Part shown: piece after piece, positions 1 to 12,546 of the stretch
Position numbering within the stretch: position 1 is the first letter of the stretch
Layout of the letters: each line of letters opens with the position of its first letter
From: Octopus vulgaris
Taxonomy: Eukaryota
Length of the DNA stretch: 64,000 bases
Assembly (NCBI GenBank): GCA_951406725.2
Contig: OX597817.1
Span: 4,030,001-4,094,000, forward strand
Direction: 5' to 3'
Notes under the pieces: generated by a model
Told to the model about the DNA's origin: nothing
The model's database searches: none
Seen by the model: only the letters and a program-made list of their open reading frames with translations
Position numbers and translations under genes: made by a program

Positions 1-258
1 TCATTATTATTGAACAATTATGGTGCATTTTAGAAAAACAAGTAAGCAGTCGAAATCCTCCACCATCATCACTACAAGAACTAGAGACTGTTTTAGCTGA
101 GGAATGGACAAATATTCCTTTGGAAACAATTCAAACTTTGTGCGAGTCCATACGTCGTAGAATTCAAGCAGTAATTACTGCCAAAGGCGGTCCTGCCCAA
201 TATTAAAATAAATTTGTTTGAAATTCTATGTTGTTTCCATTATTTTGTCCAACCCCGA
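1..258 (+). mobile_element. 3' end of Tc1-like transposon (transposase C-terminus and right TIR), truncated by window edge
   Basis: Frame 3-206 reads IIIEQLWCILEKQVSSRNPPPSSLQELETVLAEEWTNIPLETIQTLCESIRRRIQAVITAKGGPAQY*, a typical Tc1 C-terminus (IE.LW...W..IP...I..L..S..RR..AVI.A.GG). A TIR-like 'gtttccattattttgtccaacccc' follows, then TA. Confidence 0.85.
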
Positions 259-406
259 TATATACGCATATGTGTGTGCGCATGTGTATGAGTATGTGTG
301 TATGTGTGTGTGCATATTCGCGTGTGTATGACGTAAATACATACATACATACATAATACATATATATGTACATACATATGTATATCTATGTACATGTGCC
401 TGTGCG

Positions 407-440
<34 letters not shown>

Positions 441-848
441 TACAATCACACCTACCTACATACCTACCTATACGCATAAATACACACACACACACACACC
501 CAGACACGTATGTATACAAAGAGACAGTATGGTCGAATATTTACGAAGTTTGCTTCCCAGCTACCAGCTCAGACGCTCAATCTTTCTGCGTGGGAAAATT
601 GAGTATAACAATTTCAATGACCTCCGGTTGACCCCTAGACTATATTGAAACCAGTCTGGTCGATTAAACGTGTAACTGAAAACTATAATCTTGTCACAAA
701 TTTTCACATTTATTCTCTCTAAGACTTATTACGGGTGCACGTTCTTGTGGAATGCTTAGCCACGTACGAGTTATTTCAATAGGCAAGTAATTCCATTAAT
801 CGAATAACTGAGTTATCTACGTCCACCAACAGAGATTCTATGGTCCAT

Positions 849-894
<46 letters not shown>

Positions 895-1021
895 GTATAT
901 ATACATACATACACACACACACATATATATATATATATACATATACATGTATATATGTATGTATATATGTGTGTGTATGTGTATACATGTATGTATGTAT
1001 GTATGTATGTATGTATGTATG

Positions 1022-1022
<1 letters not shown>

Positions 1023-1107
<85 letters not shown>

Positions 1108-1109
1108 AC

Positions 1110-1163
<54 letters not shown>
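1023..1163. repeat. Head-to-head (CTAT)n / (GATA)n microsatellite forming an inverted repeat
   Basis: (atct)n runs to about 1106, then 'aac', then (gata)n to 1163. Confidence 0.9.
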
Positions 1164-1164
<1 letters not shown>

Positions 1165-1165
<1 letters not shown>

Positions 1166-2703
1166 CGGTATGCAATGCTTAAATTGTCGCCATTTTATAT
1201 TTTCAATTTTGCACATGCAAAAGTTTGTTTTTGGTTTTGTCGACTACATTGTATAGTAGGGTGAGTTGGGCACTGTCTGTGAAAAAAAACACAGCACCAT
1301 AACGCATTCCAATACGAACATTTCAGGGTATTTGGGTGTCAATTTGAGGATAGTGCAGAGGATTTGGAAAGAGTTGGATGAGCCTAATGGTGATTTCGAA
1401 GGTACGGCAACTCAGAAAACTCACTGATCGTTCTGATAAAAAAAAAAGAACTGTATTTGTTGATGCGATCCAGGCCATGATTGACAACTATCCTTCCAAG
1501 TCAGTCAGGTCCATCGCTATGGATATGGGAGCGTCTGAGTTTTTATAGGCAGATAGTGCATGAAGACATTCGATATCCTCATATAAGATGAGAAGGGGTC
1601 AATCTTTAACCCAATCCATTAACGATAAGAGGAAACATCGTGCTACAAAGCTTTTGAACAAACTCAAGAATCTGTTCAACCGAACTTGCTTTTGTTTTTC
1701 TCAGACGAGAAAAAACTTCTGCCAGGATCTGATGGTAAACACAGAACAACCGTAGGCTTGCCGTGTCACCAAGACATCTACCGATAGTGATAAAAATCAA
1801 ACATCTTGTCAACACCATGGTGTTAGGAGTGATCATTAGTGATGGCGAGGTTATGTCTCCATCCATCTCCCCACACGGCCTCAGACACAAAACGGTGGTC
1901 TATATTGAGTGACTGGAGGAGGTAGTGATGCCTTGGGTCAAGAGGGCGGCTGCTGGAAAAATCTACATCTGGCAACAAGACTCTGCTCCATGCTACACAA
2001 GCAGGAGGACCCAGTCATGGCTGTCAGACAATTTCTACGATCACATCACCCCTCACATATGACCACCTAAGTCCACAGATTGCAACCCCTTGGTTATTAT
2101 GTATGAGGCGCAGTTGAGTGAGAGACCATCAAAACTCCTTGTAACACCAAAGATGAACTGAAGGCAAGGATTATGACAGCATTCACCAACCTAATCAAGA
2201 ACACTGTCCAGAAGAGTTGCAGGAGATTCCGAAGACTTCTGGAGGTCGTGGTTGAAGCCAATGACAATTTATTGAATAAATTTACGCAAATATATAAATT
2301 TGCAAAGCAGGCCTTGTCTTTCATCGTGACCTGGTGGTTACCACCCGTTGATAAGAGACAATAATCTCGAAACCGGTCCGTGCGTATCACTCAGGCTACG
2401 AGGAAGGGATGGCCTCCCTTTGCAAATACTTCAAGGGCACTGAAAGGGTGTCTAAAGCCAGATGGAGACGATGATCTCCTGGGGCTAAAAAGCTACAGTA
2501 ACACCCCACTTTATGGTTAACCATATTGAGATGGCTTTTATACTTTACATTGTCGAGCGGTTACTGTTTACATCTCGCTCTGAGATTTAATAATATTTCA
2601 AGATATTTTTATGTAATTTTGGTAAATATATGTTAAAATGAGATGTTAATATTATTTTCACTTTTTGATAATTTAAGCGATGATATATTCACCGCATCCT
2701 GTA
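1165..2703 (+). mobile_element. Degenerate DD37D (maT-type) Tc1/mariner transposon with an internal insertion at about 2285-2595
   Basis: Around 1960-2110 it reads YIWQQDSAPCYTSRRTQSWLSDNFYDHITPHI*PPKSTDCNPL..YYV*GAVE (WPP.SPDCNPLDY.VWG motif, 37-residue spacing) with stops and a frameshift. Degenerate TIR-like ends (tacggtatgc..gcttaaattgtc / gataatttaagc..gcatcctgta). Confidence 0.8.
2325..2400 (+). ncRNA. Type I hammerhead ribozyme motif (U3-A8 core variant)
   Basis: Core TTGATAA 2348-2354, stem II GAGA/TCTC, GAAA 2369-2372, palindromic stem III ACCGGT, GTC triad ending at 2378. Extended stem I cgtgacctggtggt / atcactcaggctacg. Confidence 0.65.
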
Positions 2704-4046
2704 TATATAAATATAGTTATATACATATATTTCTAAGCATAGATATGTAAAAATATTTTAAAGGTGTGAATCCTAACTGGTGGGGGTGCTTGCCTCCCCT
2801 TCGCAAATATAAGAACAGAGGAAATGTGTCAAAGCCGAAAGGAAGCGTCGATGCTTCCTAGGGCTAAACAGCGGTGGTGTAATTCCCTGACGGACTGTCA
2901 CGTTGTGTTGACAGTATACAACCACCCTACGCTCCACCACCGCTCATGTCTCTTTGATACATTTAGAAATTCAGCATTTCTAATTTTAAAGTAATTTTTT
3001 ACGTGAAAGTCACTTTTTTTCAAATAAATTATAAGGAATAAAGAACTATATGTAATGATAAACATTTACACTCGATTTGTAAGCTGAGATATAATTGATA
3101 ACAATGAGACAGACATCAACTCTTAAAAGTACGCTGCATATATTATTTAATGCCTTTATGAGTAAGAACCTTTTGCAATACTATATTTATGAAGTACTAT
3201 AGAAAATATTTTTATGGTATATATTTCATTTAGCAGTTCTCGCTAATGAAACACACGTAATGTACTCTACATTTATAGGTACGAAAATTAACACTAGAAT
3301 CATTAATTGTTGATAGTGCACTATATGCAATAAAAGTACTAATCACCTTATCACCTTCCAAAGCTGAGTAAATACATGATGTGATGGTATTATAATTTTC
3401 TGTGATAATTGTACTATAGGCGGATGTTCAATAGGCGGAGATATATGCTCGTAATTTGCCCTTTTAATTATGATATTGTTGTTATTGTTATCTGTTGTAG
3501 TTTAATATTATTCATTTCGGTAAGAAGAATGTTTATTTTGCAAAAAGTATATCCTTAAATTCTTTCACTTATTTAGTGTTTTAGAGATATTTAGAGTAGT
3601 TTCCCATGAAGTTGTTAATAATGCCTCTTACTGTATTTTTATTTCTTTCGTGATTAATAAAAGCTTTAGTAAATAAATTAACATGATACAGTAATTTTAT
3701 ATATCAGCTTAAAGACTGTAGATTTTTTTTAATATTAAAATTATCAAAGATTTACTGGTATCTAAGTAATGGTGGAAAGTTTTATTCTTCTTTGTTTTTT
3801 CAAGGTATTTCAAAGAGTGTTTGAGAGAATTTTAGTAACATACAATGAGACGAGAGGATTGAAACATGTAATGTGTTTACTGTGTTTTTTTTTTCCTGAG
3901 TTTAAATAACATCCAAATTTTGAGTGGTTTTGCAAGCGTTTCTACGGTAATATTTCTATTACTCCCACTCATACATGATCTCATATAATCTTATATATCA
4001 AATCTTATATATCAAACACTTGTTATCCTCATAATTATTAAATTTA

Positions 4047-4052
4047 TTACTG

Positions 4053-4127
<75 letters not shown>

Positions 4128-4165
4128 TTACCACCACCACCACCACCACCACCACCACCACCACC

Positions 4166-4206
<41 letters not shown>
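4047..4206. repeat. Compound (CTA)n(CCA)n(CTA)n microsatellite
   Basis: Seen directly; explains the poly-S/poly-G ORF at 3998-4240. Confidence 0.95.
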
Positions 4207-4242
4207 AATTATTCCTCTTACAATTATTTCTTTTTATCACAG

Positions 4243-4301
4243 GTTTTGCAGGAATTCCTGGAGCGTCGCATGCATAGCGGGCTTGCTGCCTGCAGACTAC
4301 G
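4243..4301 (+). other. Candidate coding exon A of an unidentified host gene
   Basis: Strong acceptor ttatttctttttatcacag|, GC-rich island, two open frames (VLQEFLERRMHSGLAACRL or FCRNSWSVACIAGLLPADY). Weak donor |gtacca. Confidence 0.25.
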
Positions 4302-4339
4302 GTACCATGCTATCTGTTTTTTTTCAACTATCTGATAAT

Positions 4340-4935
4340 TTCCTGATTATTCTGGTGGAGCCAAGGAGGAAAATCTTTTGTAAGAGTTTTTACTGGGAAC
4401 ATTATTCCAACTTCCTTTACATTCCTCTTGATGCCTTCTTATGCTGTCTTCAAAAATAAATGGCACTGTCTTGAAAAGTCTGTTTAATCTGCATTGCTCA
4501 AGTCTCTGTTCATATCTCTTTAGTGTATGTGCTTTAGCTTTCAACCTCCCTTTTAAATCCTTAATCACAACATTGATTCCCTTTCTCTTCACCCTATACT
4601 TCCCCTCTGGCTCAACATATTTCTCTCGTTGAGCTTCAATCCGTTTTTTCCGTTCCAGAATATTAACATGATATTTGGTCTCGTCAATAGACTGCGTTAT
4701 TCCCCTTTTCCACCGCGGTCCCTTCATGTTATGTTCACATATACCTTTGGCTTTCAAATCTAACTTCTGGGCTATAAAGATCGAGATTGCATTTATCAGA
4801 TTGTTGGTGTCTGTGATGCTGCCAGTCCTGATATCACCGGCGATATCATTTATCTTCCTGACCCACTCATTGAGATTCTTTCGGTCTGCTTTTTTAAACC
4901 CAGTATAAAAGCTCTGTTCACCAGAGGTACAAATA
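4340..4935 (-). mobile_element. R4/Dong-like (RLE-clade) LINE fragment, N-terminal part of the ORF
   Basis: Reverse frame ...INDIAGDIRTGSITDTNNLINAIS...PRWKRGI...KYRVKRKGINVVIKDLKGRLKAKAHTLKRYEQRLEQCRLNRLF matches the Dong/R4 pre-RT region (ITETN.LI, PW.RR, L.QR..AK..KL.RY..R..Q.R.NRLF). Confidence 0.75.
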
Positions 4936-4948
4936 TCAATGATTTCAT

Positions 4949-5043
4949 TTCTTCTTCTTCTTCTTCTTCTTCTTCTTCTTCTTCTTCTTCTTCTTCTTTT
5001 CTTATTATTCTTCTTCTTATTATTATTATTATTATTCTTCTTC

Positions 5044-5134
<91 letters not shown>
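4949..5134. repeat. (CTT)n to (TTA)n microsatellite; the (TAA)n part is likely the tail or target of the adjacent Dong-like LINE
   Basis: Seen directly. Confidence 0.9.
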
Positions 5135-5365
5135 TTGGTTTGTCTCAGGTTCGGTCTTATTCTCGGTAGGCGTTCTGTGGGTCGCAGGTTATTACCTATG
5201 ACCTTAGGTGTCCACCACTTTTCAGCAGTCTTTCAAGTGCGTAGCACTCTCCTGTCCCTAAGACACAAATTGTGTGTAGGAACTGTACCGGGCATTATAT
5301 TTCAACCTACCTCAGCCACTAGTCTATATCTTGGCTTAATCCCCAGCGCAATAATTATTATAATA
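5135..5365 (-). mobile_element. 3' end of an R4/Dong-like LINE ending in (TAA)n
   Basis: Reverse strand IIIALG...PVQFLHTICVLGT..VLR resembles the RLE C-terminus (GALG...LQK..LLGTA.ILR). A short 3'UTR and a TAA repeat follow, and TAA repeats are the known Dong target. Confidence 0.6.
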
Positions 5366-6006
5366 TTTTTAAATTCTTCCTATATCAGATTTTAGGGAAT
5401 TATATATATGCATTTATATATTTGTTTTTCCCCTCTTTCTTTACGATCCTGGAATCAAATGGTCATGATGATTCGATAAGTAAGCAACTTCGCTTTTCTG
5501 TTTATTTTTTTCTTAATAAATATTAGAATGCGTGATGCATCTACATACGGATAATGAACTGTTAATGTCACAAACCCGGTAGATACTAGTCAAATTCACA
5601 TTAAAAGCGGGACTTATGCTACTGCTCACATTCTTTTCATAGTCGTTATATGGCTTATCACAAATATTGTCTTCTAATTCAATAATTTTCTTTGAGTTAT
5701 CATAAACCACGTGGCATTATTCTAGGTTGCGTTTTCGTTAGGCGACACTTTTGAGCAAAATTTTTATGACATGTTAAAGTTATCTATAGAAACTATAGCC
5801 AACACTGATTTGTCACGTCGTTTCGTATCCGAATACGCCTAATGCAAACAACAATGCGATCGAAGATAGAATGATAAGAAATGGGTATATATGCATATTT
5901 CATGTCTGGCTCCTTCTCAACACCACATCCAGCCAATTAGCTATCCACGAACTTGTTACTTAGATTACCTCTAAATATAACAGTGTATACTAATTTTATA
6001 TATTAA

Positions 6007-6389
6007 CTAGCAGTATCGCCCGGCGTTGCTCAGGTTTGTAAGGGAAATAACTATAAAGCATTTTTAGGGAGTTATAGCCAAAAAATAGCAAAAAATGGAA
6101 AAAAATGATGGTAAATTTTTTTTTTAGTTAAAAAAGGTGGAGTTGCGTCCCCTAGACAGTTTGCGGTTTGTGTTTCTCATTCTCGACCCCATGTCGAATT
6201 TATCGATTTTTTTTCAGAACTGGGGGAACTTTTCAAAATTTTCGCTGCGTTAGTTTTGAATTATGACATTGGGCTATGTGTGTGTCAAGTTTCATCAGAA
6301 TCGGTTGAAAGCCGTGGTCAGGGTGAGGGTACAAGCAAACAGACACACAGAAACACGCACAGACAAACTGCCGTTTATATATAGAGAGA
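6007..6389 (-). mobile_element. Non-autonomous Helitron, copy 1
   Basis: Minus strand starts TC(TCTATATATAAA) and ends with a GC hairpin (cctgagcaacgccggg) plus CTAG, inserted between A and T. Near-identical to 54331-54713. Confidence 0.8.
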
Positions 6390-7362
6390 TGACATTCGTG
6401 GCAGCTGTAATTACTTGCAGAGACAGAGTATTTCGTTATGCAAATGAGTTCGTGGATGGTAAATGGGTTGAGTGTGGGGCTAAAGATGGAGGAAGAACTC
6501 TTGAAATAAGCATATACCCCTATTACCTGTTTCCTCATCTTCTCTCGCACTATTGTCTACGCTAAACATCTTCGGAAACGAAAAGTAACAAATCAGTGCT
6601 GAGATAAACTTAACATGTGATTTAGTTGCACTTCTAACAAAGTAAGTCACAGTATTGACTTATAACGCGTTTAATATAGTTTGAATTATATTTTCACTGC
6701 ATAACGAAATACGGTGTCCCTACAAGTAATTAGCATATATGTAAATACGCACATGAAGCGCTGGCAGTCGTACAGTTCCGTTGTTTGAAAATAAGGATTC
6801 ATTCATTCAACTTAATTACCTCCACCTGAATGAATATATAAGTGAACGGCAATTTCTCAGACACATACGTACACCCTGAGCTTCATTCTCAAGCCGTAAT
6901 AGTAATGTTTATCTTCCTAACATAACCTAAAATTTTATGATTGGACGCGATCATTCAATATGAAAATCGTAGCGAAATTTAGATTATATCACTACAATTT
7001 CACAGAAGAAATAATTGAAACATTGAACGTTACAGTACTAGATGTAATGTATCTTGCAAAACATGGGCATATTTAATATCGATGGTGCTGAACAATTACT
7101 TGCTTGTAAAGGAAAGCAAACAGTATGGTCATAGCTGGAATTTTTTTATCACAGAACTTGTTAAAGGGGGGCCGAAATGGTGCTTAATCAGTCTCAAACT
7201 GACGCCCGCCAATACATCAGCAACAGAGATTGGAATATATTGAATTGTTAAAGCTTTCTGGCAAACACTAACGCTTTATTAATAGGAAAGCAAAACAGAT
7301 GACATTTATATTTATCTATCATTGTCAAGATACTGGACAAATTTAAATTATAACCACAAAGA

Positions 7363-7434
<72 letters not shown>

Positions 7435-7577
7435 ATATGTATATATGGATAAACATGACAGTTTGTCCACCCATTTTCAAAACTCACAGCCATCGATCCT
7501 GTAAGAAACACAATGTTAAATAACAATGAAGGATAAGGATGGGGTCAAAACCTACTTTACAGATGATTCAAATTCGA

Positions 7578-7617
<40 letters not shown>

Positions 7618-8033
7618 TAATGTACTGGTGCCATGACAAGATTCTGCATAGAATACAGTGTTTACAAAATTGTCATTACCTACAGAATTATTATTACCCA
7701 AAAACACATCTATATTCATACGCAATATTTTTTTGCTTTTAGTTTCTTTTTCTTTCAACCTTTTTCAACGTATTTCCATGTAAACATAGCACACAAAACA
7801 TTACTATTATCCAAAACATCACAATCACCTGCACACGATATAATAGACATACAAGTTAAATCAGGTATTATCTGTTATTATGTGTCATTCTACTTAATAC
7901 ATAATGAGATATTTCAAGAATATATCATGGATATAAACTGCAAAGCGCGTTACAAGAGCTAAAAACACATAAATAAAAAACATATATTCATACATGTTTC
8001 TTTAAACAGTATATAACGTGTATGTAGATATAC

Positions 8034-8093
<60 letters not shown>

Positions 8094-8294
8094 TATATGA
8101 CTGTATATGCATTTTCCTACGCATAATATTTATACACAAACAACGCGCGCACATATTCGTGATATATGTATGGGAGATCTCAATGGAATAGTGGTTGCTT
8201 TTTTCAAGAAATAACTTGACTTCTTGTTGTCAAGAGTTCCAGATAAACCTATATCAGAGCAAAAAGCACAAAAGAGGGTCGAATTAATGTAGCC

Positions 8295-8523
8295 CAGAGT
8301 CTCTCAACCATTTTTATGTTACCTATGGATCCCTTCGATTTCTATTTTACTCGGATAGACGCCGCCGCCTAACCATTCGATGCTTAAAAGATCATGTATT
8401 TATATAATTAAATATTAGAAATGATATTTTAAAAATGTATAACCAATTAATCTCAAATAAGTTTAAAAACAAAATCTTATATGGTCCCCCAAGGAAAATA
8501 TGGAACGCGATTGAGAACAACTG
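8295..8523. mobile_element. hAT-type MITE
   Basis: TIRs cagagtctctcaacc / gattgagaacaactg (CAGTGGTTCTCAACC-like). 8 bp TSD atgtagcc / atgtagtc. Confidence 0.75.
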
Positions 8524-9105
8524 ATGTAGTCCATAGCTCAGTTCATTTTAGGAAAGATGTGTTGGTATCGATGTAGAACAGATAAGTTGATGAATATTTA
8601 TTGTTTGGTGTGGAGTCTTCTAAAGCGAACAAAGGTGATACCAACATATAACTCCAGTTAAAATGCTTTCGTCTATGATGGGGATACATTGATCTTTATC
8701 ATATAAACCAGCTATGTCCTTCACTCACATTACAAAAGTGTAAACTGTCTTTGTAAATGAGTTCATTAGCAGAAATGTTGGTTAACCTAAAGATATATTT
8801 CAAATGAGTTACTAACAAAGTATCTTAGAGGATTAGAAATCCTTTGGAGATAACTTAAAGAATCACAAAGTTTATGAAATGGAAAGTCTAAGCCATTAGA
8901 AAAGCTAACACTCAGGAAATACATACAATAAGCATTTCTTACGATTGTTATTGAAAGATTATATACTCAAAAACAAATGTTCTTATTTGCTCTGCGTATT
9001 TTTTGTTGACATGAGTAAGCTTAAGAAGACAGACTTTAGTGTACAGTCCACAATTGACCATGAGTAATTTTGTTTTTATTTCATTTTGTTATTTTGAACT
9101 AACAG

Positions 9106-9138
9106 GATCAGATGGCTACTCCACAGCTGACGTCGAAG
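9106..9138 (+). other. Candidate 33-nt micro-exon B
   Basis: T-rich tract plus ctaacag| acceptor, 33 nt GC-richer island (SDGYSTADVE or DQMATPQLTSK), AG|gtagtg donor. Confidence 0.25.
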
Positions 9139-9567
9139 GTAGTGTGATATGTTTTCTTTAGCTAAAAAGACTTAGAAAAGTAAACTTAAGTTTATTTTTC
9201 TAAAAAAATACAAATATTACGGTACTCTGTGTGTGCAAAATTGTGCAGTCTCGATCACTTTCTCGAGTAAACTGAGAGAAATATTAACATACCAGTTACT
9301 AATACCATATAAAATGTAAATGGTAACAAGTAAATGCGTGATAGAGGTGAACCAATCAGTAATATATTGAGTATTTCTCCGTCATCAAATTTGCAGTAAT
9401 ATTCGTGCGTATCTACAGAGAAATTAAAGGCAGGATGATCCCATTATGATAAACTATAGCGCATCTAGTTGGGTTTCTTAGAGGAGAATTAGTGTCCCCT
9501 TCAAAGCCTGCTTAGCGGTTTTACACACATATGCACTCAAATACATGTGCAAATATGCATATGCATT

Positions 9568-9602
<35 letters not shown>

Positions 9603-9810
9603 CTGTGTCTGTGTCTTAATATATAAATATATGTGTAGTATGTGTGTAAATATGTATATATATAAATATCTGCATAAATATTAATGAGCGGGAGTGGGTG
9701 TGTATATGTGTGCATGTGTATGTGGTATCTTACGTACACTATCTGATTATATTCAAATATACATGTTCATTCTTGTCTATGTCTGTCTGTGTGTGTGTCT
9801 CTCTCTCTCA

Positions 9811-9868
<58 letters not shown>

Positions 9869-10100
9869 GTTCATTCTTGGCACTTTTTGTTTGTGTATAT
9901 ATCTGTCTATCTCATTATTTGTCTATGTCTGTCTGTCTGTCTCTCTATCCCCCTCTCTCCCTCTCTCTCTCTCTATATATATATATATGAATTTGAATTT
10001 GGTGATACTGGTAACGGTTTTAGCTCGCTCTGATACTGAGTTGAGATGATGCCTTCTAGTATCTCGAAATTTAATATACAATTATTCATAATTGTAGTGT

Positions 10101-10191
10101 CCTACGCTGATGAGAAAAGAAGTTGGGTAAGTCATAATTATCTAATTCTTATGCTTTCCTAAAACTTAATTTCGAAACGTACGTCCGTAGG
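10101..10191 (+). ncRNA. Type I hammerhead ribozyme with canonical core and long stem II (PLE pLTR-type)
   Basis: Stem I CCTACG/CGTAGG, CTGATGA 10107-10113, stem II gaaaagaagtt...aacttaatttc, GAAA 10174-10177, palindromic stem III ACGTACGT, GTC triad 10183-10185. Lies in a ~400 bp segment between two (TA)n arrays. Confidence 0.85.
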
Positions 10192-10383
10192 TGACTTAAA
10201 ATTGTATGATGGATTGCCGTCATTTTCTTCTCTCTTGCCTGTCTGTGTTTGCCTTTCAAGTGCTGCGGTTTTACTGAGATCTCCCTTTTAGTAGAAAGAA
10301 TAGCTATAACTCTTTGACTGCTATTTCTAAATTCGGTGAGTGGTGAGGCAAATCGTTGCTAAACCCTTAATTACTTAGTATTA

Positions 10384-10426
<43 letters not shown>

Positions 10427-10533
10427 AGGTACAAGTGAGGATATAAACCTCGCGGGGAGGGATAAAAATATCCAAGATTAGACTGGTTGAATGCCTATCT
10501 AAGCACGTACATCCATATATAGTATGATGAATA

Positions 10534-10704
10534 TTATAGAAAACAGGAGAGGTGGAGATTAGATTAATAAAAGTTTATTAACGTTGACAACACCAAAACT
10601 ACAATCGTTTCATTTCTTCACTTGCTGAAACAATTGTAGGTCTGGTCTTGTCAATGTTAATAAACATTTATTAATCTTATTTCCATCTCTCTTGTTTTGT
10701 ATAA
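10534..10704. repeat. Imperfect foldback (about 79 bp arms) containing the 3' half of a hammerhead (GAAAC-AATT-GTA) and AATAAA
   Basis: Arms ttatagaaaacaggagaggtggag...acaatcgtttca / tgaaacaattgta...ccatctctcttgttttgtataa, 13 nt loop, in a segment bounded by (TA)n. Confidence 0.8.
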
Positions 10705-11865
10705 ATATAATTTGTCTTCGTCTTCTGTTTTTGTAAATTCCAACTATATATATATATATACACACATAAAAAAAATATAGACACATATTTCTGTAAGTGC
10801 GTGTGTGTGTGTATGTGTGTTGAAAGAGAACGAAAAAGACAAATTTAAATATATTTTTACATATGGGTATATGTGCGCGAGCGTTGCGTGTGTGTATATG
10901 CTAATTTATGTGTATTTGCAGAATATCTCAAGTTTAATATTTACACATATTTATCACTGTAGGTATATATATATATATGTATATATATAAGTTTACGGCA
11001 ATTTGTATGTAATTTTTTTCTTGGTTTTACAAATATATTCCTCTGTGTCTCAGAACAAAATTTATGGTTCTCATATGTAACCGAATTTGTTTTGTCATTT
11101 ATACATTTATAATACTAAACTTTTAAAGTAAGCTCCTTGAATGTTTTCAGTTTTTAGAGGCCTTTAGTTACCCTTCTCTATACATTCAAGATGTTTATCA
11201 TATTTCTATGTTAACCTATTCGCCTATTATTTATGTACTTATTTAGCTGTATATTTATTTAAGAATTTATATATATAATTTTGCAAATATATTAATATAC
11301 GTGAGCATCTGTTTATTTGTCACTGTATTTATTTCTTTAGATTAGTTTTTTACTACCCATGTACGTAGGTTTCTGTATGTATGAGTAAATGTATGTTATA
11401 GGCTTGTGTATGTGTCTCTGACTATACGTGTATATATATCCTTGCTTATATATATATATATATAAGGTACATACATACACACTCACACGTACAAGTGTAT
11501 ATATATTTACATATAAGTATATGTTTATATATATATGTTTGTATATATGTATATATATGTGTGTATGTATATATATATATATATATATTTGTGTATGCAT
11601 TGTATATATACATATGTACATATATATATATATATATGTGTGTGTATGTGTATATGTAAGTCGATGTTTAATATTATTTCGTCGACAACGGATAAGGAGT
11701 TGAAAGTATTCGCGTTCGTTCTTTTGTTTTTCTCATAAATTTCTTTTTCCTTCCTGAATGAAACCGATTTGTATATATATATAGATACATACACACACAC
11801 AGACACACAAACATATATACATATATATATACATATATATGTATACACACACACACACACACACA

Positions 11866-11910
<45 letters not shown>

Positions 11911-12381
11911 GTAACACATACACACATACGTAATACATACGTACATGCATACATATATACATGTATACATACATACCATACCCACATGTGCACGTACATA
12001 TATATAGATACATTTTCTATGTGTATCTGTATTTATGTACGTCTCGAGCAATGTTCTTAAATACTTATCGCATATAAAATATTATTCCTTTTCATACGTA
12101 AGTGCCCAAGTGACGTAAGTTCCAACTGCATTTAGTTCCATTTTTCTTTTGCTGCATTTCTATATTAAAACTTGTTTATTCATATGTATATATATTTAAT
12201 TATTTATCTACCATTTTCATATTTCCGTATTTTTATGTAGACCCCTGTCATTTATGTATTTTATTTGTCTTTATATTTACCGGTTGCTATGATCTTCTAA
12301 CATGTGTATCTCTATGAGTATAATATTTTTGTAGGTTTCTATATATGCATGTATGTATGTATGCATTTATCTATCTATCTA

Positions 12382-12447
<66 letters not shown>

Positions 12448-12455
12448 CCTATCAG

Positions 12456-12542
<87 letters not shown>

Positions 12543-12546
<4 letters not shown>

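Noticed and set aside
2412-2872. Resemblance of the repeated motif to a c-di-GMP-I riboswitch or an HDV-like ribozyme
   Set aside because: Only short words match (GCAAA, AAAGCC, GCTAA) and the required pairings cannot be built. Kept as an unknown motif.
4243-4310. Spacing similarity of VLQEFL..CRLRYH to a Muscleblind CCCH finger
   Set aside because: Two of the three cysteines are missing in frame, so there is no support for naming the gene.
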